Source: Porphyromonadaceae bacterium
Lineage (GTDB): Bacteria > Bacteroidota > Bacteroidia > Bacteroidales > UBA12481
Assembly: GCA_007280905.1 (NCBI GenBank)
Contig: QYQM01000001.1
Coordinates: 37,037 to 101,036, forward strand
DNA length: 64,000 nt
Direction of reading: 5' to 3'
A program made the translations under genes and the position numbers. Positions 36,561 to 46,062 of this stretch are shown here, piece after piece. Within the stretch, counting starts at the first letter, position 1. Each line of letters begins with the position of its first letter. Under the pieces are notes generated by a model that was given only the letters and a program-made list of their open reading frames with translations, did no database searches and had not been told where the DNA came from.

Positions 36561-37448
36561 TTATATAAAAAAGAGTGCAACACCACAAACCGCTATCAAG
36601 GAGCCAAGGATTTCCCTCCAGGTGACTTTTTCTTTCAGCAGGATTATGGCAGGAGGAATCAACAAGACCGGTACCAGGGCCATGATTGTACTTGCAATTC
36701 CGGTGGTTGTATATTTTATGGCCATCAGTGAAAAGGAGACACCCAGAAATGGACCCAAAAACGATCCGGCAGAAACAAAACCTAAAGTTGAGGGCTGGTT
36801 AAAAGCCGGTTTCAGGAGCGACCACTTATTTAAGATCGTAAAGAGCAGGACAAAACCAATGGTTCCTGAAATCACTCTGATTTGCGATGAGGTAAACGGA
36901 TCGGCATTGCGCATCCCGAATTTGCTAAATACCAATCCGATAGCTTGACCCGCCGCCGCACCCAACCCAAATAGCAGGCCTTTAGCCGAATAATGGAAGT
37001 TGAATTTGTTGCCCGGACGACGAAGGACAACGATAATGATCCCGAACAGGGTAATAGACATTCCGAGTAACCCGCGAAGTGATAACTTTTCTCCAACGAT
37101 CATCCAGCCAAACAGGGCAGCCAGTGGGGGAGCCAATGCCATCAGAAGGTTGGCTATCCGCGATCCGATTAGTGCATAAGCGGAGAACAGGCAATAGTCG
37201 CCCAGGACAAACCCGATGATCCCGCTAACAGACAGCCAGACCCACCCATGAAGGTCGATATCAGTAGGAAACAGGTGTCCGTTGCGGATGATTGACAATA
37301 AACAGTAGAATACAAGGGCCAGGCTTAACCTGAGGATATTTACTGCCAGAGAGCCAATGCTTTTTGCTGCCTGTTCAAAAGACAAAGCTGTAACAGTCCA
37401 TAAAACAGCGGTAACCAGTGCAGCAAATTCTCCGGTATGATTTCCCAT
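36561..37448 (-). CDS. EamA/DMT-family transporter
   Basis: 295 aa, about 10 TM helices, in two EamA-like halves. Confidence 0.8.
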   Translation of the reverse strand: MGNHTGEFAALVTAVLWTVTALSFEQAAKSIGSLAVNILRLSLALVFYCLLSIIRNGHLFPTDIDLHGWVWLSVSGIIGFVLGDYCLFSAYALIGSRIANLLMALAPPLAALFGWMIVGEKLSLRGLLGMSITLFGIIIVVLRRPGNKFNFHYSAKGLLFGLGAAAGQAIGLVFSKFGMRNADPFTSSQIRVISGTIGFVLLFTILNKWSLLKPAFNQPSTLGFVSAGSFLGPFLGVSFSLMAIKYTTTGIASTIMALVPVLLIPPAIILLKEKVTWREILGSLIAVCGVALFFI

Positions 37449-37481
37449 GGAAGATTAAAGGCAGGTACAACCTGCCTTTCC

Positions 37482-38912
37482 TTACATCTTAAGTTTCTTT
37501 TCTATCTCTTCGAGGTAGAGCCTGAACCGTTTATCGGTTTCCAAAAGGTTATTTACTGTTTTACAGGCATGCAGAACAGTAGCATGATCCTTTCCTCCGA
37601 TCTGCGAACCGATCAGTGCCAGGGAGGATTTGGTGAGACTTTTGGAGAAATACATAGAGATCTGACGGGCTTGAACAATCTCGCGCTTCCTGGTTTTCGA
37701 ATGCATAATATCTATCGGAATATTGAAATAGTCGCTTACCACTTTCTGGATATAGTCAATAGATAATTCTTTAGTAGTGTTTTTAACGAGCTTATCAATC
37801 ATCTCCCGGACCAGGTCGAGGGTAATTTCTTTCTTGTTCAGTGTCGACTGGGCAAGCAGTGAAATCAGCGCTCCTTCGAGTTCTCTTACGTTGTTGGTAA
37901 TCTGGGAAGCGATATATTCAAGCACCTCATTGGCCATGTGGATACCGTCAGTATATACCTTTTTTTGAAGAATAGCGACACGGGTTTCAAAGTCCGGGAC
38001 CTGCAGATCGGCTGATAATCCCCATTTAAAGCGGGAGAGAAGGCGCTGTTCCATTCCTTTCAGTTCAACCGGAGGCTTATCTGAAGTAAGAACCAATTGC
38101 TTTCCTGATTGATGAAGGTGATTGAAAATATGAAAGAAAGTATCCTGTGTTTTTTCTTTGCCAGCGAATTCCTGAACATCGTCAATGATCAGGACATCGA
38201 TCATCTGGTAGAAATGAAGAAAGTCGTTGCGATTATTGTTTCTGGTAGCTTCAACAAACTGGGTTTGAAACTTATTGGCATTTACATACAGCACGATTTT
38301 ATCCGGAATCCGCTCCTTAACTTCGATCCCAATAGCTTGTGCCAGGTGAGTTTTTCCCAGGCCTGATCCGCCGTAGATGAGAAGTGGATTAAATGCAGTT
38401 CCTCCGGGGTTCTGCGCCACGGCATATCCAGCCGACCGGGCTAGCCGGTTGCAGTCACCCTCAACAAAATTGTCGAAGCAATAATCGGGATTCAGTTGCG
38501 GATCAACATGCAGTTTTTTTATACCCGGAATGATGAAGGGATTCTTGATCGTTCTCTCTTCATCGTCCAGCGGTAAAGATAAGGGCTTGTTTTTCAGCGT
38601 ATTTTTGGCCTGTGTCGGGAATTTTACCGTGTAAGGCTTGGCATTGGAATACCCATTTTGCTCCATGACCACACTGTATTCCAGTTTGGCATCAGGACCC
38701 AACTCCTTCAGGAGTGTTTTGCTGAGTATGTCAATGTACTGTTCTTCAAGGTACTCGTAAAAGAATGGTGACGGAACCTGAATAGTCAGAACGCTTTCAT
38801 CGAGCCGAAGGGGAACGATGGGTTCAAACCAAGTGCGAAAACTTATGGATGGAACATTGTCTTTTATAATCGACAGACACTTATTCCAAACCTCGATGTG
38901 GCTTGACTTCAT
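37482..38912 (-). CDS. dnaA: Chromosomal replication initiator DnaA
   Basis: AAA+ core IYGGSGLGKTHLAQAIG, LIIDDVQEF and the C-terminal DNA-binding domain (KTRKREIVQARQISMYFSKSLT...IGGKDHATVLHA). ATG at 38912; the track begins at the TTG at 38915. Confidence 0.95.
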   Translation of the reverse strand: MKSSHIEVWNKCLSIIKDNVPSISFRTWFEPIVPLRLDESVLTIQVPSPFFYEYLEEQYIDILSKTLLKELGPDAKLEYSVVMEQNGYSNAKPYTVKFPTQAKNTLKNKPLSLPLDDEERTIKNPFIIPGIKKLHVDPQLNPDYCFDNFVEGDCNRLARSAGYAVAQNPGGTAFNPLLIYGGSGLGKTHLAQAIGIEVKERIPDKIVLYVNANKFQTQFVEATRNNNRNDFLHFYQMIDVLIIDDVQEFAGKEKTQDTFFHIFNHLHQSGKQLVLTSDKPPVELKGMEQRLLSRFKWGLSADLQVPDFETRVAILQKKVYTDGIHMANEVLEYIASQITNNVRELEGALISLLAQSTLNKKEITLDLVREMIDKLVKNTTKELSIDYIQKVVSDYFNIPIDIMHSKTRKREIVQARQISMYFSKSLTKSSLALIGSQIGGKDHATVLHACKTVNNLLETDKRFRLYLEEIEKKLKM

Positions 38913-39151
38913 CAATACTGATTTTTAAAGAATTAGAACAAGGGATTAGATACTGCAATATGCTAAAAAAAGATCAACCGAACACAGTAGATACTTTTTT
39001 TTTTAAGGAAAAATCGCATCCGATTTATAGTCAGCCAGATAATTTTAATTTCAATTTCCAGAAAAATTAATAATCAGAAAATCAGTCAATTACGTTTAAT
39101 AATCTGACTGTTAGATCAATCAACGCAAGGGAGAGATCTTCCGTGAAGCCT

Positions 39152-40405
39152 TTATATGGCTAACCGTGTCCATTTCCCGCTAACCCAGGTAAAAACACCC
39201 GCTGAGGGATTCTGTTTGCGTATTTTATCAAGCTTCCTCAGGCAAGGCTCAATATGCTGGTTTTGGTAAGTATAATAGTAAAAAAGAGATCCAACCTGAA
39301 TGTATTGCATGGCTGTATGGCCTTTTAGAGCTGGATCATCCGGTGCAAGAGGGGTTGGACTTTGAAGCAGACAGATATAATAATCTGATGTACCTTCGCC
39401 TGCAAGCACCCGCGCAAGTTCAGAATCATTTGTGGTGTAAACTGATTTGCTTTTGTCGGACAGAGTAACCCGTACATATTTCCCCGGATGTATCCTGACA
39501 TCTTCAATCAGTCGGTTCAGACTGGCATTCGTAGCCAAAATCGCATAGTAGAGGGAGTCATTAATGATGAGTTTTCCAAGAGTGCCTTCACCGGCAGATA
39601 TCTTTTGAGTCAGTTGATGCAGGTTGTCGAGAACCTTGCGAAAGGAGGTAAGTGTTGCCATCAGCGGAACGTTGGTCAAAGTATCGCTGAATCGTTTCAT
39701 GTTGCTCACAAAATCCTGCAATTCGCCTGTCTTTTTAAGAAGGCCAACGCTCAGGGTATCCACTCTGCCAAGGACAGAGGTTATTTTTTTGGACTCTTCT
39801 TTTACATATTCATTCAAAAACCGGGAAGCAGATTCGAGATTATTCAATGTTTGATTGACACTGGAAAAGCTTTCGGTGAGATTGTTGCGGTTACGTTCAC
39901 TAAAAACCAACTGAATACCCATCAGAACAGAATCCATTGACGACATAAGCGATTCAGCTTTTAACTTTAAGGGAAGCATCTGGGCGTTAACCTCATCGCG
40001 AAGATCCCCCTCTATTGAACTGTTCAGTGTATCGTTTGGATTACAAAGTGACGGATTAGCTGTCAGATCCAGTGCGATTCCTTTGGTTCCCATTATGTCA
40101 ATGCTGTATATCCTTGCTGATGAGCCTTTTGGAATTTTGATCGATTTGTAGGAAATAGAGAATTTAACCTCGATGAGACCAGGTTTCTTTTCCGACAACT
40201 GAATAAATCGAACCTGTCCAACCGTGAATCCGTTAATGGTAACCGGATTGGATTTCGCCAAGCCTCCGATTTTTTCATATAAAGCGTAAAATGACCTCTC
40301 AGAGCTGAATAAATTCTTGCCTTTGAGGTAATTAAGCCCCCAAAAAACAACCACTATGGTGGCCAGGAATAGGATAGCCACCCTTATATAAGTCCTGCTT
40401 TTCAT
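39152..40405 (-). CDS. MlaD/MCE-family protein with SPOR-like C-terminal extension
   Basis: N-terminal TM plus MCE domain (KSNPVTINGFTVGQVRFIQL), a helical middle region, and a last ~75 aa that aligns without gaps to the C-terminus of the adjacent amidase. I prefer the start at MKSRTYI (40405). Confidence 0.75.
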   Translation of the reverse strand: MKSRTYIRVAILFLATIVVVFWGLNYLKGKNLFSSERSFYALYEKIGGLAKSNPVTINGFTVGQVRFIQLSEKKPGLIEVKFSISYKSIKIPKGSSARIYSIDIMGTKGIALDLTANPSLCNPNDTLNSSIEGDLRDEVNAQMLPLKLKAESLMSSMDSVLMGIQLVFSERNRNNLTESFSSVNQTLNNLESASRFLNEYVKEESKKITSVLGRVDTLSVGLLKKTGELQDFVSNMKRFSDTLTNVPLMATLTSFRKVLDNLHQLTQKISAGEGTLGKLIINDSLYYAILATNASLNRLIEDVRIHPGKYVRVTLSDKSKSVYTTNDSELARVLAGEGTSDYYICLLQSPTPLAPDDPALKGHTAMQYIQVGSLFYYYTYQNQHIEPCLRKLDKIRKQNPSAGVFTWVSGKWTRLAI

Positions 40406-40418
40406 AACGCTTTTGTAA

Positions 40419-41675
40419 TTAATTTTTCCTCTGGTCAATATTAGTATTCAGCGGAACCCTCTTCCCATTTTTAAAAGCAACAATAAAGGCTCCGCGAAAG
40501 GAGGCACCCAGTTTTTGCCTTAATTCAAGCGCTTCCTGGTAGGTGTTAACCGATTGAGACATATATTTATAATAACCATCTAATTTTATTTCCTTAAGGT
40601 CCTTAACCCCTTTGAAATCCTTGGCATCCGGCGACAATTTTTTCACCGATGCTAAAATTTGAACCCGGTATTCGATTTCAGATTCCAAGCTGAATCTTGA
40701 AATGGTGTCAATCGGATTCGACGTAACTTTTTCCTGTTCTTTTCCTTTCTTCTCGTTTTCTCCCGTCTTCTTAACGGTCTCTATCGTCTTCTTATCGTCT
40801 TCTGCATTGGGAATCGCAGTTTTAGCAAGAACGCTGACCTTTTCATCGATCGATTCTTTATATCCCCGGAATGCTATATATATTGCTGAGGCAATAATAT
40901 CCTGTCCATCGCCTGTCATCAGAAACGCCTCCTCCTGGGGGTTGGAAATAAAACCGGCCTCAACCAGAACACTTGGATTGGCACAACCCCATAATACCAC
41001 CAGGTTACCCTGATGCACACCGATATCCTTACGCTGCCCCCGTGTTCTTAATTGGTCCTGAACCGCAGCAGCGATTTCCAGACTTTGAGTTAAGTTGTTG
41101 TTTTGTACATTATTAAATATAATGTATGATTCCGGGGATGTGGGATCAAAACCCGCATATTTTGTTTGATAATCTTTCTCAAGTAGAATGGCTTTGTTTT
41201 CCTGCATTACCAGATCTAGGTTTTCTGCACTTCTCGAAAACCCCATAACATAGGTTGAAGTACCGGTTGGTGTACTTTTTTTGTTGGCATTGACATGGAT
41301 AGAGATAAACACATCAGATTTGTTCCGGTTGGCTATCTGAGCCCTTTCATATAGCGGAATAAAAACATCGGTTTTGCGGGTATAATATACATCGACATCG
41401 TCCATCAGGCTTTCAATGTAGTGACCTAACTTTAACGCAATTCCGAGAGCAATATTTTTCTCGACCGATTTCTTTCCGGGTGCTCCGGTATCGTGTCCGC
41501 CATGACCGGCATCGATAGTAACCGTAAATTTCTTTCCGGCAGAAGACTGAGCAGATGCAGGCAGGTTATCTATACTAATTAGAAGGACAATGATGATTAA
41601 AAAAGTCACCGGCCGAAACCACCTAATACAATGGTTTCTCTGTTTATCCGTTATGACTCTTAGGTTACTGGGCAT
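40419..41675 (-). CDS. N-acetylmuramoyl-L-alanine amidase (Amidase_3) with C-terminal SPOR domain
   Basis: IDAGHGGHDTGAPG, ISIHVNA and VLVEAGFISN, plus a C-terminal YRVQILASVKKLSPDAKDFKG...GAFIVAFKNGKRV SPOR-type repeat. Confidence 0.88.
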   Translation of the reverse strand: MPSNLRVITDKQRNHCIRWFRPVTFLIIIVLLISIDNLPASAQSSAGKKFTVTIDAGHGGHDTGAPGKKSVEKNIALGIALKLGHYIESLMDDVDVYYTRKTDVFIPLYERAQIANRNKSDVFISIHVNANKKSTPTGTSTYVMGFSRSAENLDLVMQENKAILLEKDYQTKYAGFDPTSPESYIIFNNVQNNNLTQSLEIAAAVQDQLRTRGQRKDIGVHQGNLVVLWGCANPSVLVEAGFISNPQEEAFLMTGDGQDIIASAIYIAFRGYKESIDEKVSVLAKTAIPNAEDDKKTIETVKKTGENEKKGKEQEKVTSNPIDTISRFSLESEIEYRVQILASVKKLSPDAKDFKGVKDLKEIKLDGYYKYMSQSVNTYQEALELRQKLGASFRGAFIVAFKNGKRVPLNTNIDQRKN

Positions 41676-41692
41676 GGTAGCGTTTTTTTCTA

Positions 41693-41700
41693 TAGTTTTG
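41693..41700 (+). promoter_or_regulatory. Bacteroidota -7 promoter box upstream of lptD-like gene
   Basis: TAGTTTTG matches TAnnTTTG, 37 nt before the predicted start. Confidence 0.35.
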
Positions 41701-41736
41701 AGTCGTTCCCTATTCCGGGATTCAACCGGTTAACTA

Positions 41737-44340
41737 TTGATATCGCTTATAAAAATACAAAAATTTCAATTAGGGATATTTATCCTTGCCGTTGGCATGC
41801 TAAAAGCATACGGTCAGGCTGATTCAGTACCTGTCCGTCTGGTAAAACCCGATACTATACGTCAGGTAGTCGCCAAAGGAAAAGCTTACCTCGATTCTCC
41901 AGTGATATACCCCGCTAAAGATTCAACCGTGATCAGCCTGTCGGAAAAGAAAATCCGGATGTACGGTCAGGCTAAGATCACTTACCAGAAAATGGAGATC
42001 ACAGCTGATTATATCGAGATGAGTATCGACCGTAAAGAGATTTACGCTACTGGCCGTAAGGACAGCATCGGACAACTCGCTGGAACCCCTGTAATTAAAG
42101 AAGAGAAAGAGACTTTCGAAACCAAGGAGTTTCGGTTTAATTTCGATACAAAAAAGGCATTCTTAGTTGATGTCAGGATGAAGCAAGAGCCTGAGGGTTT
42201 TATTCACAGCCATTATACCAAAAGAGATTCTACGGGAACCCTTAATATCAGGAATGGAAAATACACCACCTGTGATGCACCTGAACCCCATTTTTACTTT
42301 TTTATCACTAAGGGAATGATGGTTCCGGATAAGATGATCGTGACCGGTCCGCTTTACCTGGTTGCGGAAGGGGTCCCCTTGTATCCGATTGGTTTGCCAT
42401 TTGGATTTCTCCCGAAGCAGCAGAAAAGAGCCTCAGGCATTCTGATGCCCAAATATGGAGAGGAGCGTAACCGCGGCTTCTTTCTTCGGGACGGGGGATA
42501 CTATTTTGCAATTAACGACAGAATGGATCTTTCTCTTACAGGGGGGATTTATTCCCGTGGAAGCTGGCAGTTGGGTGCACAATCGAGGTATAAGAAAATA
42601 TACAAATACTCGGGTAACCTCGGATTTAATATTGCCAATAATATAATGGGGGAGAAGGATTTACCGGGATACTCAAAGAAAAAGGATTTTAGTGTTTCCT
42701 GGTCACATGCCCAGGATCCAAAAGCTAATCCCTACAATGATTTCAATGCCAGCGTAAATTTCAGTTCCAGTTCGTACGACAGGAATAACACTTATACTGA
42801 TAATACTAACCGGTTACAGAATCCGCTGGAACATCTGACCAATCAGAAATCTTCGTCGGTTTCCTATAGGAGGAAATTCAGGAATCCGCTGTTCAATTTC
42901 ACAGCAAAGGTTGGCCATTCGCAGAACAGTATAGACCGGTCGGTAGTGCTGAATGCTCCTTCCGGTTCCTTCACAGTTGGCCGGTTATACCCATTCAAAT
43001 GGGCTTCGAGCGGCGGCCGGCAGAAATGGTACGAAAAAATCGAGATGCGATACACTTCCTCTTTCGAAAATAAGGTTAAAGCGCGCGAAGACTCTATTTT
43101 CATGCCTGACATTTTCAGCAAAATACGCAATGGATTCCAGCATGAGATCCCCTTGTCGGCATCCTTCAAACCGATGCAGAACATGACCTTCACCCCATCG
43201 CTCAACTATCAGGGGATGCTCTATTTTTCCCATATCGGAAAAACATGGGATCCTGTACTGGACAGTATTATCATCAATCGAATCAATCAGTTGCAATATG
43301 TCCAGGCTTTGAGCCCGAATTTTAACCTGAGTTATACTCCGAGACTCTATGGATTTTATGAATTCAAATGGAGCAGGATCAAGACCATCCGACATGTCAT
43401 GAGCCCATCAATTTCTTTTGGTTACCGCCCCGATTTGGGCTATGATTTCGGTAAATTCCAGCGGACATTGGTTACGTTGGATAAGAATGCACAAGGTCAA
43501 ACAATAACCAATTTGCAGTCCTATTCGATTTTCGATGAGGGAATATACAGGCTTCCTTCAGTGGCAGGCCGGTATGGGAATATAAGTTTCAGTTTGGGTA
43601 ACAACCTGGAAATGAAGGTAAAAAATCCATCGGATACCACCGGTCAGTTGAAAAAGGTAAAACTACTGGAGAGCCTCAGCATTAGTACTTCCTATGACAT
43701 TTTCAGGGACTCCCTGAATTTGTCGCCGATCCAGCTTCAGGCGCGCACTATGATCATGGGACAGTTTAACCTGTCATTCCGATCTGTTTTTAATGCTTAT
43801 GCCATCGATTCTACCATTAAATACGGGCGGACTACCTACAGGACCATCAATTCTTTTGAAGTCACAAAAACCGGAAAACTAATGCGTTTAACCGATGCCG
43901 ACTTCTCTTTAGGTTTTACCCTCCCTCTTAAATCACAGCAGAAGGGTGGGAGCCAGGCTCAGCCAAAATCGAAACCCCTTGATTATGAATCAGATGGTCA
44001 GGTAGATTTTAAATCCGATTGGAATCTGAGACTCGACTACAATTTCCGGTACACCAAGCCTTATCTGGTAAGTACCATTACGCAGTCACTTCGGTTAACA
44101 GGGGATCTTTCTCTAACAAAAAAATGGAAGATCAGTTTTTCCTCAGGATATGATTTTGAACATAAGCAATTTACTTACACTTCACTGGGAATTCACCGGG
44201 ATTTACACTGCTGGCAGATGAACATTGATGTTGTCCCGTTTGGCGAACGCAAAAGCTATACTTTTACCATCAGTGCTAATGGTTCTTTGCTAAAAGATAT
44301 CAAATATCAAAAATTTAAAGACTGGAGAGATCAATACTAA
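41737..44340 (+). CDS. lptD: LPS-assembly protein LptD-like (OstA-family) outer-membrane protein
   Basis: 867 aa with an N-terminal OstA-like region (IRMYGQAKITYQKMEITADYIEMSIDRKEIYATG) followed by a very large beta-barrel. TTG start is uncertain. Confidence 0.7.
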   Translation: MISLIKIQKFQLGIFILAVGMLKAYGQADSVPVRLVKPDTIRQVVAKGKAYLDSPVIYPAKDSTVISLSEKKIRMYGQAKITYQKMEITADYIEMSIDRKEIYATGRKDSIGQLAGTPVIKEEKETFETKEFRFNFDTKKAFLVDVRMKQEPEGFIHSHYTKRDSTGTLNIRNGKYTTCDAPEPHFYFFITKGMMVPDKMIVTGPLYLVAEGVPLYPIGLPFGFLPKQQKRASGILMPKYGEERNRGFFLRDGGYYFAINDRMDLSLTGGIYSRGSWQLGAQSRYKKIYKYSGNLGFNIANNIMGEKDLPGYSKKKDFSVSWSHAQDPKANPYNDFNASVNFSSSSYDRNNTYTDNTNRLQNPLEHLTNQKSSSVSYRRKFRNPLFNFTAKVGHSQNSIDRSVVLNAPSGSFTVGRLYPFKWASSGGRQKWYEKIEMRYTSSFENKVKAREDSIFMPDIFSKIRNGFQHEIPLSASFKPMQNMTFTPSLNYQGMLYFSHIGKTWDPVLDSIIINRINQLQYVQALSPNFNLSYTPRLYGFYEFKWSRIKTIRHVMSPSISFGYRPDLGYDFGKFQRTLVTLDKNAQGQTITNLQSYSIFDEGIYRLPSVAGRYGNISFSLGNNLEMKVKNPSDTTGQLKKVKLLESLSISTSYDIFRDSLNLSPIQLQARTMIMGQFNLSFRSVFNAYAIDSTIKYGRTTYRTINSFEVTKTGKLMRLTDADFSLGFTLPLKSQQKGGSQAQPKSKPLDYESDGQVDFKSDWNLRLDYNFRYTKPYLVSTITQSLRLTGDLSLTKKWKISFSSGYDFEHKQFTYTSLGIHRDLHCWQMNIDVVPFGERKSYTFTISANGSLLKDIKYQKFKDWRDQY

Positions 44341-44361
44341 TATTTATGTAAAAGTGCGAGT

Positions 44362-44748
44362 ATGAAAAAAGTAATTACAACACGTTATGCACCTGCCGCA
44401 ATCGGGCCATACAGCCAGGCTATCGAAACAGGGGATTTAGTTTTTATTTCGGGTCAGATACCGATTGTTCCCGAAACAGGTAAACTCCTGGAAGGGGATA
44501 TCAGGGTGCAAACCGAACAGGTGATGAAAAACATTGGAGCCATTCTGGCTGCCGCAGGGCTGCAGTTCGGGAATGTGGTGAAATGCACCTGTTTCCTTGC
44601 TGACATCGGCGATTTCAAAGAGATGAATGAAGTTTATGGAAGCTATTTCACTTCCGAGCCACCGGCAAGGGCAACCTTCCAGGTTGCTAAAATTCCTATG
44701 GGGTCGAAAGTTGAGATTGATGCAATAGCTACAAAAAAAATAGAGTAG
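44362..44748 (+). CDS. ridA: RidA (YjgF/YER057c) reactive-intermediate deaminase
   Basis: 128 aa with PAAIGPYSQA, FISGQIP and PARATFQVAKIPMGSKVEI. Confidence 0.92.
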   Translation: MKKVITTRYAPAAIGPYSQAIETGDLVFISGQIPIVPETGKLLEGDIRVQTEQVMKNIGAILAAAGLQFGNVVKCTCFLADIGDFKEMNEVYGSYFTSEPPARATFQVAKIPMGSKVEIDAIATKKIE

Positions 44749-44760
44749 GGAGCTATGCCC

Positions 44761-44802
44761 AAAAAAAGAAAGTAGACAACTTTTCCTTAAGTTGTCTACT
44801 TT
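44761..44802 (-). terminator. Intrinsic terminator of the rpsF-rpsR-rplI operon (also faces ridA)
   Basis: 12-bp perfect stem AGTAGACAACTT / AAGTTGTCTACT with loop TTCCTT. On the - strand it is followed by TTCTTTTTTT. Confidence 0.8.
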
Positions 44803-44819
44803 CCAGCATCGGCGATGCG

Positions 44820-45266
44820 TTACTCTGAGTAAACCTCAAAGTTGATTTCAGCCTTGATGTCTTTATAGATCTTAACAGTAGCCTTGAAGGTTCCGATTTC
44901 TTTGATCGCATTTTCACTCATCGTGATGTTCTTGCGATCGACATCAAATCCTTTCTCGATAAGGGCTTCAGCAATCTGAAGCGTGTTCACCGAACCGAAT
45001 ATTTTTCCAGTGGTTGATGTTTTTGCCCCGATCTTCAGTTCAACGGTTCCGAGTTTAGCAGCAATTGCCAAAGCATCGGAGCGTTTCTTCTGTTCCTTAT
45101 GTGCACGCTGACGCATATTTTCGGCATGCATTTTCTTTGCAGATTCAGTAGCCAGCATAGCAAAACCCTGAGGAATCAGATAATTCCGGCCGTAGCCATT
45201 GCGGACTTTAATCACATCGTCCTTATGACCCAGGTTGGTCAAATCCTGTAACAAAATTATTTCCAT
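44820..45266 (-). CDS. rplI: 50S ribosomal protein L9
   Basis: 148 aa, MEIILLQDLTNLGHKDDVIKVRNGYGRNYLIPQG. Confidence 0.95.
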   Translation of the reverse strand: MEIILLQDLTNLGHKDDVIKVRNGYGRNYLIPQGFAMLATESAKKMHAENMRQRAHKEQKKRSDALAIAAKLGTVELKIGAKTSTTGKIFGSVNTLQIAEALIEKGFDVDRKNITMSENAIKEIGTFKATVKIYKDIKAEINFEVYSE

Positions 45267-45282
45267 GACTTACCTCCGGTTA

Positions 45283-45552
45283 TTATTTCATCATATCGGT
45301 TACATACGGCAGGATGGCAATATGCCGGGCCCGCTTAACTGCCTGAGCAATTTTTCTCTGGAATTTCAGGGAGGTACCGGTTAAACGGCGAGGAAGAATT
45401 TTTCCCTGTTCATTAAGAAACTTCTTGAGGAAGTTGGGATCTTTATAATCAATGTACTTGATTTTGTTCCTTTTAAAACGGCAATACTTTTTCCGCTTCA
45501 CATCAACTGTGGGCGGTGTAAGATACCTGATTTCTGATTGACTGGTTGCCAT
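45283..45552 (-). CDS. rpsR: 30S ribosomal protein S18
   Basis: 89 aa, [18 protein letters not shown]...[28 protein letters not shown]. Confidence 0.95.
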   Translation of the reverse strand: MATSQSEIRYLTPPTVDVKRKKYCRFKRNKIKYIDYKDPNFLKKFLNEQGKILPRRLTGTSLKFQRKIAQAVKRARHIAILPYVTDMMK

Positions 45553-45555
45553 AAC

Positions 45556-45918
45556 TTACCCCTCCTTTTTTTCGCGGGTTGGTTCATTACCTGCCAATCT
45601 ACGGCGTTTCAGGTTGTACTCAACTGCAAATTTGTCGAGCCTTACTGAAAGAAAGCGGATGATCCTCTCATCACGACGAAACTCCACCTCGAGGCGGTTA
45701 ATTAGTTCTCCACCGGATTTGAACTCAATAAGATGGTAAAAACCCGTCGATTTCTTTTGAATCGGGTATGCCAGCTTACGGAGGCCCCAGTTGTCCTCAT
45801 GCATAATCTCCCCGCCATTTTCGGCAAGGTAACCAGAGAACTTTTTAACCGTTTCCTTCATCTGTTCTTCAGACAAAACGGGAGTTACAATGAAAACGGT
45901 TTCGTACTGATTCATCAT
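45556..45918 (-). CDS. rpsF: 30S ribosomal protein S6
   Basis: 120 aa, [18 protein letters not shown]...[10 protein letters not shown]. Confidence 0.95.
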   Translation of the reverse strand: MMNQYETVFIVTPVLSEEQMKETVKKFSGYLAENGGEIMHEDNWGLRKLAYPIQKKSTGFYHLIEFKSGGELINRLEVEFRRDERIIRFLSVRLDKFAVEYNLKRRRLAGNEPTREKKEG

Positions 45919-45955
45919 GTGTTATTAATAATTAATAAATCTCATTATTGGGCTG

Positions 45956-45963
45956 CAAAGTTA
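45956..45963 (-). promoter_or_regulatory. Bacteroidota -7 promoter box for rpsF operon
   Basis: Reverse strand reads TAACTTTG (TAnnTTTG), about 38 nt upstream of the rpsF start. Confidence 0.4.
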
Positions 45964-46033
45964 GAAATTATTCTGATTACTGCAAGGGTTTTGCCTATCA
46001 CAAAATGAGGCGCAAATTTATGCATCTTATTTT

Positions 46034-46041
46034 TACTTTTG
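46034..46041 (+). promoter_or_regulatory. Bacteroidota -7 promoter box for dnaX
   Basis: TACTTTTG, 22 nt before the ATG at 46063. Confidence 0.4.
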
Positions 46042-46062
46042 CATAGCTCAATACCGCCAGAA

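Noticed and set aside
36553-36948. 131-aa + strand ORF antisense to the EamA transporter. Likewise 45945-46292 (-) across the dnaX start, and many 60-140-aa shadow ORFs in the track
   Set aside because: All lie inside or antisense to genes with strong family signatures, and none has motifs of its own.
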